Source: Ruminococcus sp.
GTDB lineage: Bacteria; Bacillota; Clostridia; Oscillospirales; Ruminococcaceae
Reading direction: 5' to 3'
DNA length: 64,000 nucleotides
Assembly: GCA_017523285.1 (NCBI GenBank)
Contig: JAFWWU010000089.1
Location: 3,962 to 67,961, forward strand
Positions 19,613 to 30,268 of the stretch are shown piece after piece. The translations under genes were made by a program, and so were the position numbers. Below the pieces are notes generated by a model. The model was not told the origin of the DNA and did not search any database. It saw only the letters and a list, made by a program, of their open reading frames with translations. How positions within the stretch are numbered: the first letter of the stretch is position 1; each line of letters opens with the position of its first letter.

Positions 19613-19665
19613 GGTGCTAAGATATAAATAAATATGTCATTATTCATAAATAAAAGTGTTGACAC

Positions 19666-19694
19666 TTGACAAAATCGTCAATTTCAAGTATAAT
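19666..19694 (+). promoter_or_regulatory. sigma-A promoter of the glutamine synthetase gene
   Basis: Tandem TTGACA boxes (19659 and 19666). The second is 17 nt from TATAAT (19689-19694). Confidence 0.6.
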
Positions 19695-19811
19695 TATGAT
19701 ATTAGAAATGTTTATTGAATATGATATAGAAAAGAAACAATGGCGTTTCGGTTGTAAAAAAATATATTTTACAGTCCGAGATGCCTCTATTGTTTTAAGG
19801 AGGAAATCATA

Positions 19812-21911
19812 ATGTCAGAACAGAACAGAACTGTATCGGAGTTTTTTGGCTGTAATGTTTTCAGCGATACCGTAATGAGAGAAAGACTCCCTAAAAATGT
19901 CTACAAATCAGTGCTTAAAACAAAGCAGCTTGGCATTGCTCTTGACAGCGAGGTTGCTGATGTAGTTGCAAATGCTATGAAGGACTGGGCTGTTGAAAAA
20001 GGTGCAACTCATTACACACACTGGTTCCAGCCTATGACAGGTGTAACTGCTGAAAAGCATGACGCTTTTATCTCTCCGACATCAGATGGGGGTGCTATCC
20101 TCGAATTTTCAGGCAAAGAGCTTATCAAGGGCGAGCCTGACGCTTCTTCTTTCCCATCAGGCGGACTTCGTGCTACTTTTGAAGCAAGAGGATATACAGC
20201 ATGGGACCCTACTTCATGTGCATTTATAAAAGATAATTCACTCTACATACCAACTGCATTCTGTTCATATACAGGAGAAATCCTCGATAAGAAAACTCCG
20301 CTTCTTCGTTCTATGGACGTTGTAAGCGATCAGGCATTAAGAATTCTTCGCCTTTTCGGCAACGAGAGAGCAACCCGTGTTACAACTACTGTCGGTGCTG
20401 AACAGGAATATTTCCTCATAGATAAAAAATACTACGATATGCGTGAAGACCTTGTGATAACAGGAAGAACTCTTTTCGGTGCAAAGCCGCCAAAAGGACA
20501 GGAGCTTGAAGATCACTATTTCGGAAACATCAAGCAGAGAGTTTCAGATTATATGAAAGAGCTTGACGAAGAACTCTGGAAGCTTGGCATTTACTCAAAG
20601 ACAAAGCATAACGAGGCTGCTCCTTCACAGCACGAGCTTGCACCTATCTTTACAACAGCAAATATTGCGGCTGACCACAATCAGCTTACAATGGAAATGA
20701 TGAAGAAGATTGCTTTAAAGCATGGTCTTGTTTGTCTGCTTCATGAAAAGCCTTTCGAAGGTGTAAACGGCTCAGGTAAACACAATAACTGGTCTATCTG
20801 CTCAAATGACGGACAGAATCTTCTCGATCCGGGTGATACTCCACAGCATAATCTCCAGTTCCTTACATTCCTCTGTGCTATTATCAAGGGTGTTCACGAA
20901 TATGCTCCGCTTTTAAGACTTTCAGCGGCTTCTGCAGGAAATGACCATCGTCTTGGCGCAAACGAAGCACCACCTGCTGTTGTATCAATCTTTATCGGTA
21001 ATGAGCTTCAGGCTGTTATTGACGCACTTGAAAACGGAACAAAATTCTCATCAAGTCCTGATTGTGAATTTGAAATCGGCGTTGATGCTCTTCCTAACTT
21101 CCCTAAGGATACAACAGACAGAAACAGAACATCACCATTTGCATTTACAGGTAATAAATTTGAATTCAGAATGCTTGGTTCTGCTGATTCGATTTCATGT
21201 ACAAATACAATTATAAATACAATTGTTGCTCATGAGCTTTGTCAGTTTGCAGATGAACTTGAAAAAGCCGATAACTTTGAAAAGGCACTCAAGGCTCTTC
21301 TCATTAAGACAATCAAGAATCACAAACAGATTGTATTCAACGGAAACGGCTATGCTGATGAATGGCTTGAAGAGGCTGTAAATGTAAGAAAGCTTCCGAA
21401 TCTTGTTTCAACAGTTGATGCTCTTCCTGAATATACCCGTCCTGAATTTGTTTCTATGTTCGAGAAATTCAAGGTATATACAGCTACTGAAATCAATTCA
21501 AGAACTGAAATTCTCCTTGAAAACTACAGTAAGGTAATCAATATTGAAGCTCTTACAATGATTGATATGTGCAGAAAGAAGATTATTCCTGCTGTTATCA
21601 GCTACACAAAGAGCTTATGTGATGCGGTTATTTCAAAGAATGCTATCGGAATTGACGCAAAGCTTGAAAAGAAGATGGCACAGAAGCTTAATGAGCTTAC
21701 AGAAAATATTGCCGCTGGTGTGGATATTCTTGACAATAAGGTTATTCTTGCACAGTCAAAGCCTGAGGGCGTTGAAATGGCAAAATGTTACAGAAACGAA
21801 GTTTTTGCACAGATGCAGAAGCTCAGAGTGCTTGTTGATGAAGCTGAAACTATGGTTTCTTCTGAAGCATGGCCATTCCCATCATATTCAACACTTCTTT
21901 ACAGTATATAA
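19812..21911 (+). CDS. glnN: type III glutamine synthetase
   Basis: 699 aa. The N-terminus [18 protein letters not shown] and the size are typical of GS-III (GlnN) from Bacteroides and Clostridia. Confidence 0.85.
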   Translation: MSEQNRTVSEFFGCNVFSDTVMRERLPKNVYKSVLKTKQLGIALDSEVADVVANAMKDWAVEKGATHYTHWFQPMTGVTAEKHDAFISPTSDGGAILEFSGKELIKGEPDASSFPSGGLRATFEARGYTAWDPTSCAFIKDNSLYIPTAFCSYTGEILDKKTPLLRSMDVVSDQALRILRLFGNERATRVTTTVGAEQEYFLIDKKYYDMREDLVITGRTLFGAKPPKGQELEDHYFGNIKQRVSDYMKELDEELWKLGIYSKTKHNEAAPSQHELAPIFTTANIAADHNQLTMEMMKKIALKHGLVCLLHEKPFEGVNGSGKHNNWSICSNDGQNLLDPGDTPQHNLQFLTFLCAIIKGVHEYAPLLRLSAASAGNDHRLGANEAPPAVVSIFIGNELQAVIDALENGTKFSSSPDCEFEIGVDALPNFPKDTTDRNRTSPFAFTGNKFEFRMLGSADSISCTNTIINTIVAHELCQFADELEKADNFEKALKALLIKTIKNHKQIVFNGNGYADEWLEEAVNVRKLPNLVSTVDALPEYTRPEFVSMFEKFKVYTATEINSRTEILLENYSKVINIEALTMIDMCRKKIIPAVISYTKSLCDAVISKNAIGIDAKLEKKMAQKLNELTENIAAGVDILDNKVILAQSKPEGVEMAKCYRNEVFAQMQKLRVLVDEAETMVSSEAWPFPSYSTLLYSI

Positions 21912-21924
21912 TAATTATTATTAC

Positions 21925-21954
21925 GGGCGGATTTATATCCGCCCTGAGTTTTTA
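21925..21954 (+). terminator. intrinsic terminator (GGGCGGAT/ATCCGCCC type)
   Basis: GGGCGGAT ttat ATCCGCCC followed by tgagTTTTT. Confidence 0.8.
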
Positions 21955-22048
21955 TATAAAGATTTTTCGATTTATCTTGAAAAAATGAGAGCTATATGTT
22001 ATAATAATATACAATCAAAGAATAAAATTAGAATTGGAGGAATAATTG

Positions 22049-22309
22049 ATGAAGAATGTTGATAAAGGATTTGAACTTATATATTTTAATTTAAGCCATA
22101 GAAGAAAATTTATCCGAACAATATGGATTACAGTCTTTGGACTTATATTCGTTCCGTTAATAAGTTGTATTTTACGAGATGTGAAAACTCCGATTTTTAG
22201 TGTGTTTACTTGGCTTATTATCTTTGAATTACTGATTATTGTTGTCGGAGCCATACAAGCGATATATGAATACAGAAAATGGCAGGCAGAAACAGAAAAT
22301 CAAGAATAA
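22049..22309 (+). CDS. hypothetical small membrane protein
   Basis: Two predicted TM helices. ATG 22049 sits 9 nt after SD GGAGG. Confidence 0.45.
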   Translation: MKNVDKGFELIYFNLSHRRKFIRTIWITVFGLIFVPLISCILRDVKTPIFSVFTWLIIFELLIIVVGAIQAIYEYRKWQAETENQE

Positions 22310-22334
22310 AAAAATAAAGCAATATGATATTTAT

Positions 22335-22360
22335 GGCTCACTTTGGTGAGCCTTTGTTTT
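22335..22360 (+). terminator. intrinsic terminator
   Basis: GGCTCAC tttg GTGAGCC followed by TTTGTTTT. Confidence 0.75.
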
Positions 22361-22437
22361 ACATCTTGACTTAATATTGAAAAAAATATAAAAATGTGGT
22401 ATAATACAAATAAATTGAAATATTACGGGAGAATAGT

Positions 22438-23025
22438 ATGGCGAAATTATACTGGAAAGGGAGTACACTCCTTGCGCCTGTTCCTGCGGCACTTGTAACG
22501 TGCGGAACAATGGAAAAATCAAACATAATCACAATCGGCTGGACTGGAATTGTAAATACCCGCCCTCCGATGACATATATATCTGTGCGCCCCGAAAGAT
22601 ATTCCCACGATATAATAATGGAATCAGGGGAGTTTGCGATAAATCTTACAACCTCGGCAATGTGCCGCAAAACAGATTTCTGCGGTGCAAAAACAGGGAG
22701 AAAAATCGATAAATTCAGAGAATGCGGCTTTCATAAAGCGCCTGCGGACAAAATTTCCGTTCCGCTTATAGAAGAATGCCCCGTATCGCTTGAATGTAAA
22801 GTTACAGAATCAAAGCTTCTCGGCTCGCATACAATGTTCCTTGCTGAAATCGTAGGAATTGCTATTGATGAAAAATATATCGACAGCAAGGGAAAACTAA
22901 ATCTCCAGCAATGCGGACTTGCCGCATACGCTCACGGAGAATATTTTGCTCTTGGAAGAAAACTTGGTGATTTCGGATATTCTGTCCGAAAAAAGAAGAA
23001 AAAGCCAATGCCGCCTAAGAAGTGA
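22438..23025 (+). CDS. flavin reductase family protein
   Basis: VPAALVTCG..NIITIGWTGIVNTRPPM and FAINL are typical of flavin reductase-like domains. Lys-rich C-terminal tail. Confidence 0.7.
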   Translation: MAKLYWKGSTLLAPVPAALVTCGTMEKSNIITIGWTGIVNTRPPMTYISVRPERYSHDIIMESGEFAINLTTSAMCRKTDFCGAKTGRKIDKFRECGFHKAPADKISVPLIEECPVSLECKVTESKLLGSHTMFLAEIVGIAIDEKYIDSKGKLNLQQCGLAAYAHGEYFALGRKLGDFGYSVRKKKKKPMPPKK

Positions 23026-23344
23026 AATCCTCGATGAGCGAATTAAGCTCTGCTTCGGTTTCGACTGCTATGCCGTTTGTCAGAGCTTCTATATCAGCCT
23101 CGGCAAGCAGATTAAGATTAAAATCAAGAACTTTATAGGGCGACTGATAATCCCCACGGAATACAGCAAGAGTATTATTATATTTTTTCAGAACATACGG
23201 AGTTTGCTCGACTTCCTCGACAACAGGCGGAGTTTTTGCTCTTGTCTTTACGGCTCGCAGACTTTGTGCGGCTGTGCATATTACAATAAATCCCGAAATT
23301 GTTGCTGACGTAAGCAGAGTGAAAAATATCTTCTTATCAATCAT
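23015..23344 (-). CDS. hypothetical membrane-anchored protein (weak BofC-like pattern)
   Basis: N-terminal TM helix, then YVLKKYNNTLAVFRGDYQSP...LLAEADIEALTNGIAV. The resemblance to a BofC-type domain is only an impression. Its 3' end overlaps the convergent gene by 11 nt. Confidence 0.4.
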   Translation of the reverse strand: MIDKKIFFTLLTSATISGFIVICTAAQSLRAVKTRAKTPPVVEEVEQTPYVLKKYNNTLAVFRGDYQSPYKVLDFNLNLLAEADIEALTNGIAVETEAELNSLIEDFTS

Positions 23345-23537
23345 AAATAAACCACTTCCTTAAAAATGCTGTTTTTATTATTGACAGGAAATAAATATCT
23401 ATACAAAATGACTATATTTGAAAAAAGGTATTAACATTTTTATAGATTTGTGTTATAATGTAATTTGTATAATCAGAATTATTCTTCAGAAAGGAATTAT
23501 AGATACAGAGGCTCTATAATAACGGTTTAATACGGTT

Positions 23538-26039
23538 ATGAATGAAAATAACAGAAGCTCATCGGGTAATTCTCCCGACAGAAATCCGCAGAAAAGAAAT
23601 ACGGCTGCACGTTCTTCGATGCCTCCCGCAATAAATGGGAAAGCAGGAAATTCAGCTCAGCCGCATAAAAAGAAAAAACGCAAAAAAAATAAGGTTTTAA
23701 TGGTTATAAAGAAATTCTTTTCAATTATCCTTACAACTATTATGTCGCTTTTCCTTATTATGATTATTACGGGAACTATCGTTGCTACCGCTCTTACAGT
23801 TTACGTTCTTGACTTTATGGAGGAAACAACAGGCGTTACTTTCCAGGAGCTTGAACAGAGCTATGATACCGTTTTCTATGCTACCGATAAGGAAACAGGC
23901 GAGTATGTTAATCTTCAGACAATCAAAACAGGCGGAACATAGCGTATACCTGTTTCGATTGATAAAATTCCTCAGCATGTACGTGACACATTTGTGTATA
24001 CTGAGGACGAGCGTTTCTATACTCATGAGGGTGTTGACTATAAGCGTACATTCTCAGCGTTCCTTAATATGTTCATCCACATCTATGATACCGATCAGGG
24101 TGGTTCAACAATTACACAGCAGCTTGTAAAGAATCTTACAGGTGATGACGAAAAATCTCCGTCAAGAAAAATCCGAGAGATTTTCAAGGCTATGGAGCTT
24201 GAAAAACGATATTCCAAGGATGAAATCTTAGAGCAGTATCTCAACTTTATCGGTTTCGGCGGACCTATAAACGGTATTCAGCTTGCGTCTATCAGATATT
24301 TCGGAAAGGATGTAAGTGAGCTTACAACTGCAGAGGCGGCTTGTCTTGCGGCAATACCGAAAAATCCTAATAAATATTATCCGTTTGCTCATAAAACTGA
24401 TCCTGATACAGGAGAGGTTATCTTAGACGGTAAGGCAAATAACCGTGAACGTCAGCAGTATGTTCTCTGGCAGGTTTACAAAAACGGTGCCATTACCTAT
24501 GACGAATATCAGCAGTGCCTTAATGAAAAGCTTCTCTTTACAGATACAGAAGAATATCTTGCACTTCATCCTGAGGATGCAGTAAAGGATCTTGAAAAAG
24601 AAAACGACACATATCCGTGGCCTGTCGAAGTTGCTATCAGAGAAGTTCGTGACTATCTCTGTGAGCTTTATAATATTGATGCTTCCGAGGCTATCAAGAG
24701 AATAAATAAAGGCGGCTATAAGATTTATCTTACTGTTGACCTTGAAATGCAGGATTATATAGATGAGAAATTCTCAGACATCAATAACCTTATGGATGGC
24801 AAAAAGGTTATGAGAAAAATTGACCTTAACGATGACGGAGAGCTTGATGAGGATTATCCGCAGGCAGGCTTTATCGCTATGAACTATGAGGGTGAAATCC
24901 TTGCTCTTGGTGGTGCTATTGGAAAAAAAGAGGGCAAACTCGTATACAGCTACGTTTATAACGAACCAAGACAGATAGGTTCAACAATGAAGCCTATTTC
25001 AACATATGGTCTTGCACTTTTAAATGATACTATTCATTGGGGCTCTGTATATCAGGATAAAGCTCCTATTATGAACGAAGGAAAACCATGGCCTACAAAC
25101 TATTCAACTGACGGACATTTCAGTGTAAGCGGAAATGCAATCAACATATATTACGCAATTCAGAAATCATATAATACTGTTCCTGCCAAACTTTGTCTGG
25201 ATCTTACTCCTAATGCCGTATTCAAGTTTGCAACAGAAAATCTCGGTCTTGAGCTTGTACCGCAGGATGAGGCATATTCACCATTGTCGGTTGGTGCGCT
25301 TCATGAAGGTATATCTGTAAGAAACCTTGTAAATGCATATCTCCCTTACGGTAATGACGGAACATATTATAAGGCACATATCGTAAGCCGTGTTGAACAG
25401 GGTGACCATACTCTTGTTTATGAGAATAATGGTGATCCGCATGAAGCTGTTGACAGTCAGACAGCATGGGTTATGAACAGACTTCTCAAAAACGTTGTAG
25501 ATAACGGTACAGGTACTAAGGCTAAGCTTAAAAATATTGAATTAGCAGGTAAAACAGGTACTACAAACGACTGGCGTGAGCTTACATTCGTAGGTCTTAC
25601 ACCTGATTTCGTAAGTGGTGTGCTTATTGGTTACAGAAAGCCGGGTAAGCTTCCGAGTTCAATCAACTCAGGTCAGGTATGGAAGAAGATAATCGGTGAA
25701 TATATTGAAACTCATAATACACAATCTAAATTCACTCCTGATCCGAATGTTATTTCAGGCGCTATGTGTACAGCCTCAGGCAAAATGGCAAGTTCATCAT
25801 GTCCTAAGGGCATAGTAGGCTACTGGAAGGCTTCGAATTGTCCTGTATGTACAGGCGGACACGTTGTAGCACCACCTGAGGGTGAAGAAGGAGCAGAGGG
25901 TGAAAATCCTGGCGGCGAAGGAGGCAACAATAACGAAGGCGGCGGCGGAGAAGCTCAGCAGCCACAGCAGCCTGTATCGCCACCACCTGCTGAAAATAAC
26001 GGCGGCGGAGGAGAGGCTCCTGCAGCTCCTGCCGCATAA
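23538..26039 (+). pseudogene. class A penicillin-binding protein (GT51 transglycosylase + transpeptidase) interrupted by one in-frame TAG at 23940-23942
   Basis: ORFs 23538-23942 (basic tail + TM helix) and 23994-26039 are in the same frame. The codons right after the TAG read RIPVSIDKIPQHVRDTFVYTEDERFYTHEG (GT51 motif 1). Later motifs: GGSTITQQ, STMKP, SYN, KTGTT. Gly/Glu/Pro-rich C-terminal tail. Confidence 0.75.
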
Positions 26040-26049
26040 GGAGAAAATC

Positions 26050-27165
26050 TTGAATAATAATTACAGAATATGCTGTCCGTGTCATTTCGGACTTGAAAGT
26101 GTATTGAAATATGAAATCAATAAAATCGGCGGTACAGATTTAAATGTAACCGATGGAAAAATCACATTCAGCGGTGATATGAATACAATTGCAAGAGCCA
26201 ATCTCTGTCTTTCAACGGCAGAGAGGGTTCTGATTGAGCTTGCCGAATTTGAAGCACACAGCTTTGAAGATTTGTTTCAGGGCGTAAAGGCAATTGAATT
26301 TGAGCAGTTTATCGGTGAGAAGAATGCATTCCCTGTAAAGGGGTATTCACTTAATTCTGATTTGCATAGTGTTCCTGATTGTCAGTCGATTATCAAAAAG
26401 GCTGTTGTAGAGCGTTTGAAATCAAAGTATGGCGTAAGCTGGTTTGATGAGAGTGCCGCTGTAATACAGATTCAGTTCAGTATACTGAAAAATAAGGTGA
26501 ATATTTACCTTGATACAAGCGGTATCGGACTTCACAAGAGAGGTTATCGCCGCAATTCAAATGATGCTCCGATAAAGGAAACACTTGCCGCAGGAATAAT
26601 TGATCTTGCAAGAGTACGTTCTGATTCTATCGTATGTGATCCATTCTGCGGAAGCGGAACAATCCTTATAGAATCGGCTTTGAAGGCGTTAAAAATCGCT
26701 CCCGGTATCAACAGACGTTTTGCGGCTGAAAAGTGGGAGTGCTTTAATGAGCAGATATGGCGTGACGAGAGAACAAGAGCAATCGACCTTGTAGACCGTG
26801 AAGCTAAATTCGAAGGAATAGGCTTTGATATAGATGATGCGGCAGTTGCTCTTACACTTGATAACTCTAAAAAAGCAGGAATAAAATCAAGAATTAAAAT
26901 TGAACAGGCAGACATAACGAAGTTCAGACAGCCACAGGGCTCAATAGTAATATGCAATCCACCGTATGGCGAAAGAATGTTAGAGCTTCGTGAAGCTGAA
27001 GAAATATATCGTAAAATGGGCAAGGTGCTTATGACAGGCGGAGGGAATTCAAGCTATATAATTTCACCGCATGAAGAATTCCAGAGCTTTTTCGGAAAAA
27101 ATGCGAAAAAACGCAGAAAGCTCTATAACGGAATGATGAAGTGTCAGCTCTATATGTATTTCTGA
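26050..27165 (+). CDS. THUMP-domain class I SAM-dependent RNA methyltransferase (RlmL/YpsC-like)
   Basis: DPFCGSGTILIE (SAM motif I) and NPPYGER (motif IV). TTG 26050 sits 6 nt after SD AAGGAG. The longer track ORF overlaps the PBP tail and was rejected. Confidence 0.8.
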   Translation: MNNNYRICCPCHFGLESVLKYEINKIGGTDLNVTDGKITFSGDMNTIARANLCLSTAERVLIELAEFEAHSFEDLFQGVKAIEFEQFIGEKNAFPVKGYSLNSDLHSVPDCQSIIKKAVVERLKSKYGVSWFDESAAVIQIQFSILKNKVNIYLDTSGIGLHKRGYRRNSNDAPIKETLAAGIIDLARVRSDSIVCDPFCGSGTILIESALKALKIAPGINRRFAAEKWECFNEQIWRDERTRAIDLVDREAKFEGIGFDIDDAAVALTLDNSKKAGIKSRIKIEQADITKFRQPQGSIVICNPPYGERMLELREAEEIYRKMGKVLMTGGGNSSYIISPHEEFQSFFGKNAKKRRKLYNGMMKCQLYMYF

Positions 27166-27178
27166 TATGAAACTTTTT

Positions 27179-27204
27179 AAGGGCGGATATTTCCGCCCTT
27201 ATTG
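27179..27204 (+). terminator. intrinsic terminator (GGGCGGA/TCCGCCC type)
   Basis: aaGGGCGGA tatt TCCGCCCtt followed by ATTG. Confidence 0.65.
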
Positions 27205-27227
27205 TATATATTTTAGGTGGTGAATTT

Positions 27228-28034
27228 ATGAAATATATATTGCTTGCATTAATGATATTTTCGCTTATGTTTTCGGCATACGGCTGTAGAGAAATGGAAG
27301 AAAGCTCTGAAACTTCTTCATCAGTCTATGCGGTAAAACAGGATTATAAAATCATTACTCAGCAGGAAGCAAAGCGAATGATTGATACAGAAAAGGATAT
27401 TATTATTCTTGATGTACGCAGACAGGATGAATATGATACAGAGCATATTCCGAATGCTGTGCTTATTCCAAATGAAAGCATAATCGATACAAGACCAGCT
27501 GAACTTGACGACCTTAATCAGAAGATACTCATTTATTGCCGAAGCGGTAACAGAAGCAAACAGGCGGCTCAGAAGCTTGCTGATATGGGTTACACGAATA
27601 TTTATGAATTCGGCGGTATTATCACATGGGAATACGATACTGTAAAACCGTCTGCGCTTAAATCTCCTGAGGATATCTCTCTGCGGGATACTGACGGCAA
27701 CGGAAAAAACTATCTTTTCACATATAACGGCGAAGATTACAAAGCTTTATATACTAATGATAAATGGAAGATAATTAATTCATACAAGATTACAGATACA
27801 GACGACATTGAGATAATATGTGAAGCTCTGAAAAATGTTCATCCTATTCATAATGCTGATTATTCAGGGTATCGCACAGCTGAGGATATGGCTTATGAAT
27901 GGCAGCAGCATAATCTTGCATATCCGCTTATTCCGAGTGATTCAGCATGGAAAGAGAGCGCAAGAGATGTTGATATAAATCCGCAGGATCAAGGAAAAAG
28001 TCTTTATGAACTTTTTTACGACAGGATAAAATGA
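27228..28034 (+). CDS. rhodanese-domain lipoprotein with a C-terminal domain of unknown function
   Basis: Lipobox FSAYGC. Rhodanese segment ILDVRRQDEYDTEHIPNAVLIP...IYCRSGNRS (active-site Cys loop). Confidence 0.75.
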   Translation: MKYILLALMIFSLMFSAYGCREMEESSETSSSVYAVKQDYKIITQQEAKRMIDTEKDIIILDVRRQDEYDTEHIPNAVLIPNESIIDTRPAELDDLNQKILIYCRSGNRSKQAAQKLADMGYTNIYEFGGIITWEYDTVKPSALKSPEDISLRDTDGNGKNYLFTYNGEDYKALYTNDKWKIINSYKITDTDDIEIICEALKNVHPIHNADYSGYRTAEDMAYEWQQHNLAYPLIPSDSAWKESARDVDINPQDQGKSLYELFYDRIK

Positions 28035-28143
28035 AAAATGATGATATTTAAGAAGACACCACTTGACAATTACAGAATAATGTAATAAAATATAATATGG
28101 ATTAGAAGAATAATAAACATTTTTCGGAATGAAAGGAAACTTT

Positions 28144-28809
28144 ATGGAAAGCATAAGAAAGTTCTATTCAGGTCTTAACAGATCAACCAAAATTACGCTT
28201 GTTTCATGCGGAAGCTTTCTGCTTCTGACAATACTCATATTGCTCATATTTGTATTATTTCCGATAACTCCGTCTGAAAGATTAATCAGCGGTCTTGGCA
28301 GAGGCGGCGCAATCTCAGACAGTAATAATGATAACAATAACAACGATAATAATGAAGGTGCAGTTCCTCTTATAACTACCGCAGAAAATAATAATGACTC
28401 AGAAATCAAGGGAACAACTGCTGTACAGCTTGATGATTATGTATTCTCTGAAAATATGGCAACATATACAAATAGCGGAACATTTTACAGCTACATATAT
28501 TCGGGTGAAGGAATAAGAACAGGTACTCCGGGACAAAATGACTTTACAACAGTTACAACAATCAACCCTGAGCCTACAACAGAGCCTACAACCGATAATC
28601 CCGATGAGCCGCAGGAAACAACAGGAGTTACAACTGATGAGCCTGCACAGACTACTGACGTAAACGGAACAACTCAGAGTGTAGTCGGAACTACAACTGC
28701 AAAGTCTGAAACAAAACCTGTAACACAGGCACCAACAGAAGCGCCAACCGCAGCTCCACCGAAGCAGACGGAAGCACCGGCAGTTCCTCCGGAAGAAGAA
28801 ACAGAATAA
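28144..28809 (+). CDS. membrane-anchored Asn/Asp- and Thr/Pro-rich low-complexity protein
   Basis: One TM helix, an N/D run and a TTEPTT/APTEAPTAAP linker-like tail. ATG 28144 has SD GAAAGGAAA. Confidence 0.55.
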   Translation: MESIRKFYSGLNRSTKITLVSCGSFLLLTILILLIFVLFPITPSERLISGLGRGGAISDSNNDNNNNDNNEGAVPLITTAENNNDSEIKGTTAVQLDDYVFSENMATYTNSGTFYSYIYSGEGIRTGTPGQNDFTTVTTINPEPTTEPTTDNPDEPQETTGVTTDEPAQTTDVNGTTQSVVGTTTAKSETKPVTQAPTEAPTAAPPKQTEAPAVPPEEETE

Positions 28810-28817
28810 GAAGTATA

Positions 28818-28852
28818 ACCGTGCCGCAATTTCAATTCGGTGCGGTTTTTTG
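28818..28852 (+). terminator. intrinsic terminator
   Basis: ACCGTGCCG ... CGGTGCGGT stem (two G-U pairs) followed by T6. Confidence 0.7.
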
Positions 28853-28952
28853 TTATGTTTGTATCCATACAACAAAATATTATCAAAATTACAAAAAAAT
28901 AGCTATACAATAGTGTCAGATCGTGTTATAATGTGAAAAAGGAGTTGATAAT

Positions 28953-29972
28953 ATGAAACAATTCAATGGATATAAAAGAGGCATAAATCTCGGCGGCTGG
29001 CTCTCACAGTGCGAGTATACAACAGAACATTATAATAGTTTTATTTCAGAATCTGATATTGAAAGAATTGCAGGCTGGAAGCTTGACCATATCAGGCTTC
29101 CTTTCGATTATCAGCTTCTGAGAGATGATAATGATAATATATTGGAAGAAAACTACACATATATTGATAATTGTATAAAATGGTGTGAAAAGTATAATCT
29201 TAATTTAATTCTTGACCTTCATAAAACAGCTGGTTTTTCATTTGATGAAAATGTTAATACATTCTTTGAAAACTCTGAGCTCCAGGAAAGATTTTACTCT
29301 CTCTGGATTGATATAGCTAAAAGATACAGTAAATACGATTTTATAGCATTTGAACTGCTTAACGAGGTTGTTGAAATTGAAGTTGCAGACAAATGGAACG
29401 AAATTGCAGAAAAAACTGTAAAATGCATCAGAGAATATGCACCTGATACAAAAATAATAATCGGCGGCGTTCAGAATAACAGTGCTTTATGGGTGCATAA
29501 ACTTTCTATGCCGTATGATGAAAATATTGTGTATACATTCCATTTCTATGAGCCGCTTATTTTCACACATCAGAGCGCATATTGGATTGATACAATGTCT
29601 GAGGATTTCAAGATTGAGTATCCTTGCTCTTATGACGAGTACCTCAAAGCATCGTATAAATATCTTCCTAAGAATAACTCAGATTTTCTTGAAGCGGTTA
29701 AGGTTCCGAATATTGATGCTGACTTTTTCAGGACTTCATTTGCTGACGCAATAAGAGTTGCTACAGAAAGAAATGTTCCTCTTTATTGCGGAGAATACGG
29801 AGTTATTGACAGAGCGCTTGATGATTCGGCATTAAGATGGTTCAAGGATATTTCAGGTGTATTCAATGAATACAATATCGGCAGAGCCGCATGGACGTAT
29901 AAATCAAAGGATTTCGGAATAACAGATGAACATTATTCTGCTATTCTTGATGATATTATCCCTCTTTTATAA
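28953..29972 (+). CDS. glycoside hydrolase family 5 (cellulase-like), no signal peptide or dockerin
   Basis: GINLGGWL, HIRLPFDY, FELLNE (acid/base Glu), an HFY segment and GEYG (nucleophile Glu) fit the GH5 (beta/alpha)8 pattern. SD AAGGAG. Confidence 0.8.
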   Translation: MKQFNGYKRGINLGGWLSQCEYTTEHYNSFISESDIERIAGWKLDHIRLPFDYQLLRDDNDNILEENYTYIDNCIKWCEKYNLNLILDLHKTAGFSFDENVNTFFENSELQERFYSLWIDIAKRYSKYDFIAFELLNEVVEIEVADKWNEIAEKTVKCIREYAPDTKIIIGGVQNNSALWVHKLSMPYDENIVYTFHFYEPLIFTHQSAYWIDTMSEDFKIEYPCSYDEYLKASYKYLPKNNSDFLEAVKVPNIDADFFRTSFADAIRVATERNVPLYCGEYGVIDRALDDSALRWFKDISGVFNEYNIGRAAWTYKSKDFGITDEHYSAILDDIIPLL

Positions 29973-30268
29973 AAAATCAACCACCCCGTGCATTAAAGGT
30001 CGGTAGCCATAGAGAAGTTTTCAACTCAAATGGTTTTAGACAATCGGTGGCTAATGTAAAAACAAACAGAGCAGTATCGCTTAATTGCGATACTGCTCTT
30101 TGCATTAATGCCTTAAGGCAGTTGAGCGAAGCGAAACAGAAAACCACCCGCTATGCGGGTGGGTAACAAAAGCTATGCTACAAAAAGTTCACCTTTCTGG
30201 TACAATAAGATTGTTCAGGTCTATTGTAAGAAAGGTGAGGCAAATATATGGCAAACCAAAAGAATAGT

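Noticed and set aside
21562-22062. A 166-aa plus-strand ORF overlapping the 3' end of glnN.
   Set aside because: It is an alternative frame of glnN that reads through the glnN terminator hairpin. It is not credible.
23940-23942. The in-frame TAG in the PBP gene as evidence of stop-codon reassignment or pyrrolysine.
   Set aside because: TAG clearly terminates at least three other well-supported genes here (rsfS, the ABC-2 permease, and the ORF ending at 37311). No other gene in the window contains an internal TAG.
25882-26049. An N-terminal extension of the methyltransferase ORF that overlaps the PBP tail.
   Set aside because: It is an out-of-frame overlap with the PBP C-terminus. TTG 26050 with SD AAGGAG gives a protein of the usual size, beginning near the conserved N-terminus.
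26544-27023. A 159-aa minus-strand ORF.
   Set aside because: It lies entirely inside the well-supported THUMP methyltransferase gene on the opposite strand. It has no motifs and no SD.
28399-28875. A 158-aa Cys/Arg-rich ORF on the minus strand.
   Set aside because: It is the antisense shadow of the Thr/Pro-rich low-complexity gene at 28144-28809. It has an implausible composition and no SD.
30033-30063. The 31-nt segment GTTTTAGACAATCGGTGGCTAATGTAAAAAC has termini like a class 2 CRISPR repeat or tracrRNA anti-repeat, and it is followed by several hairpins.
   Set aside because: It occurs only once, with no repeat-spacer periodicity and no cas gene anywhere in the window. The GTTTTAG...AAAAC ends alone prove nothing. 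It is kept only as a note within the 29973-30782 finding.
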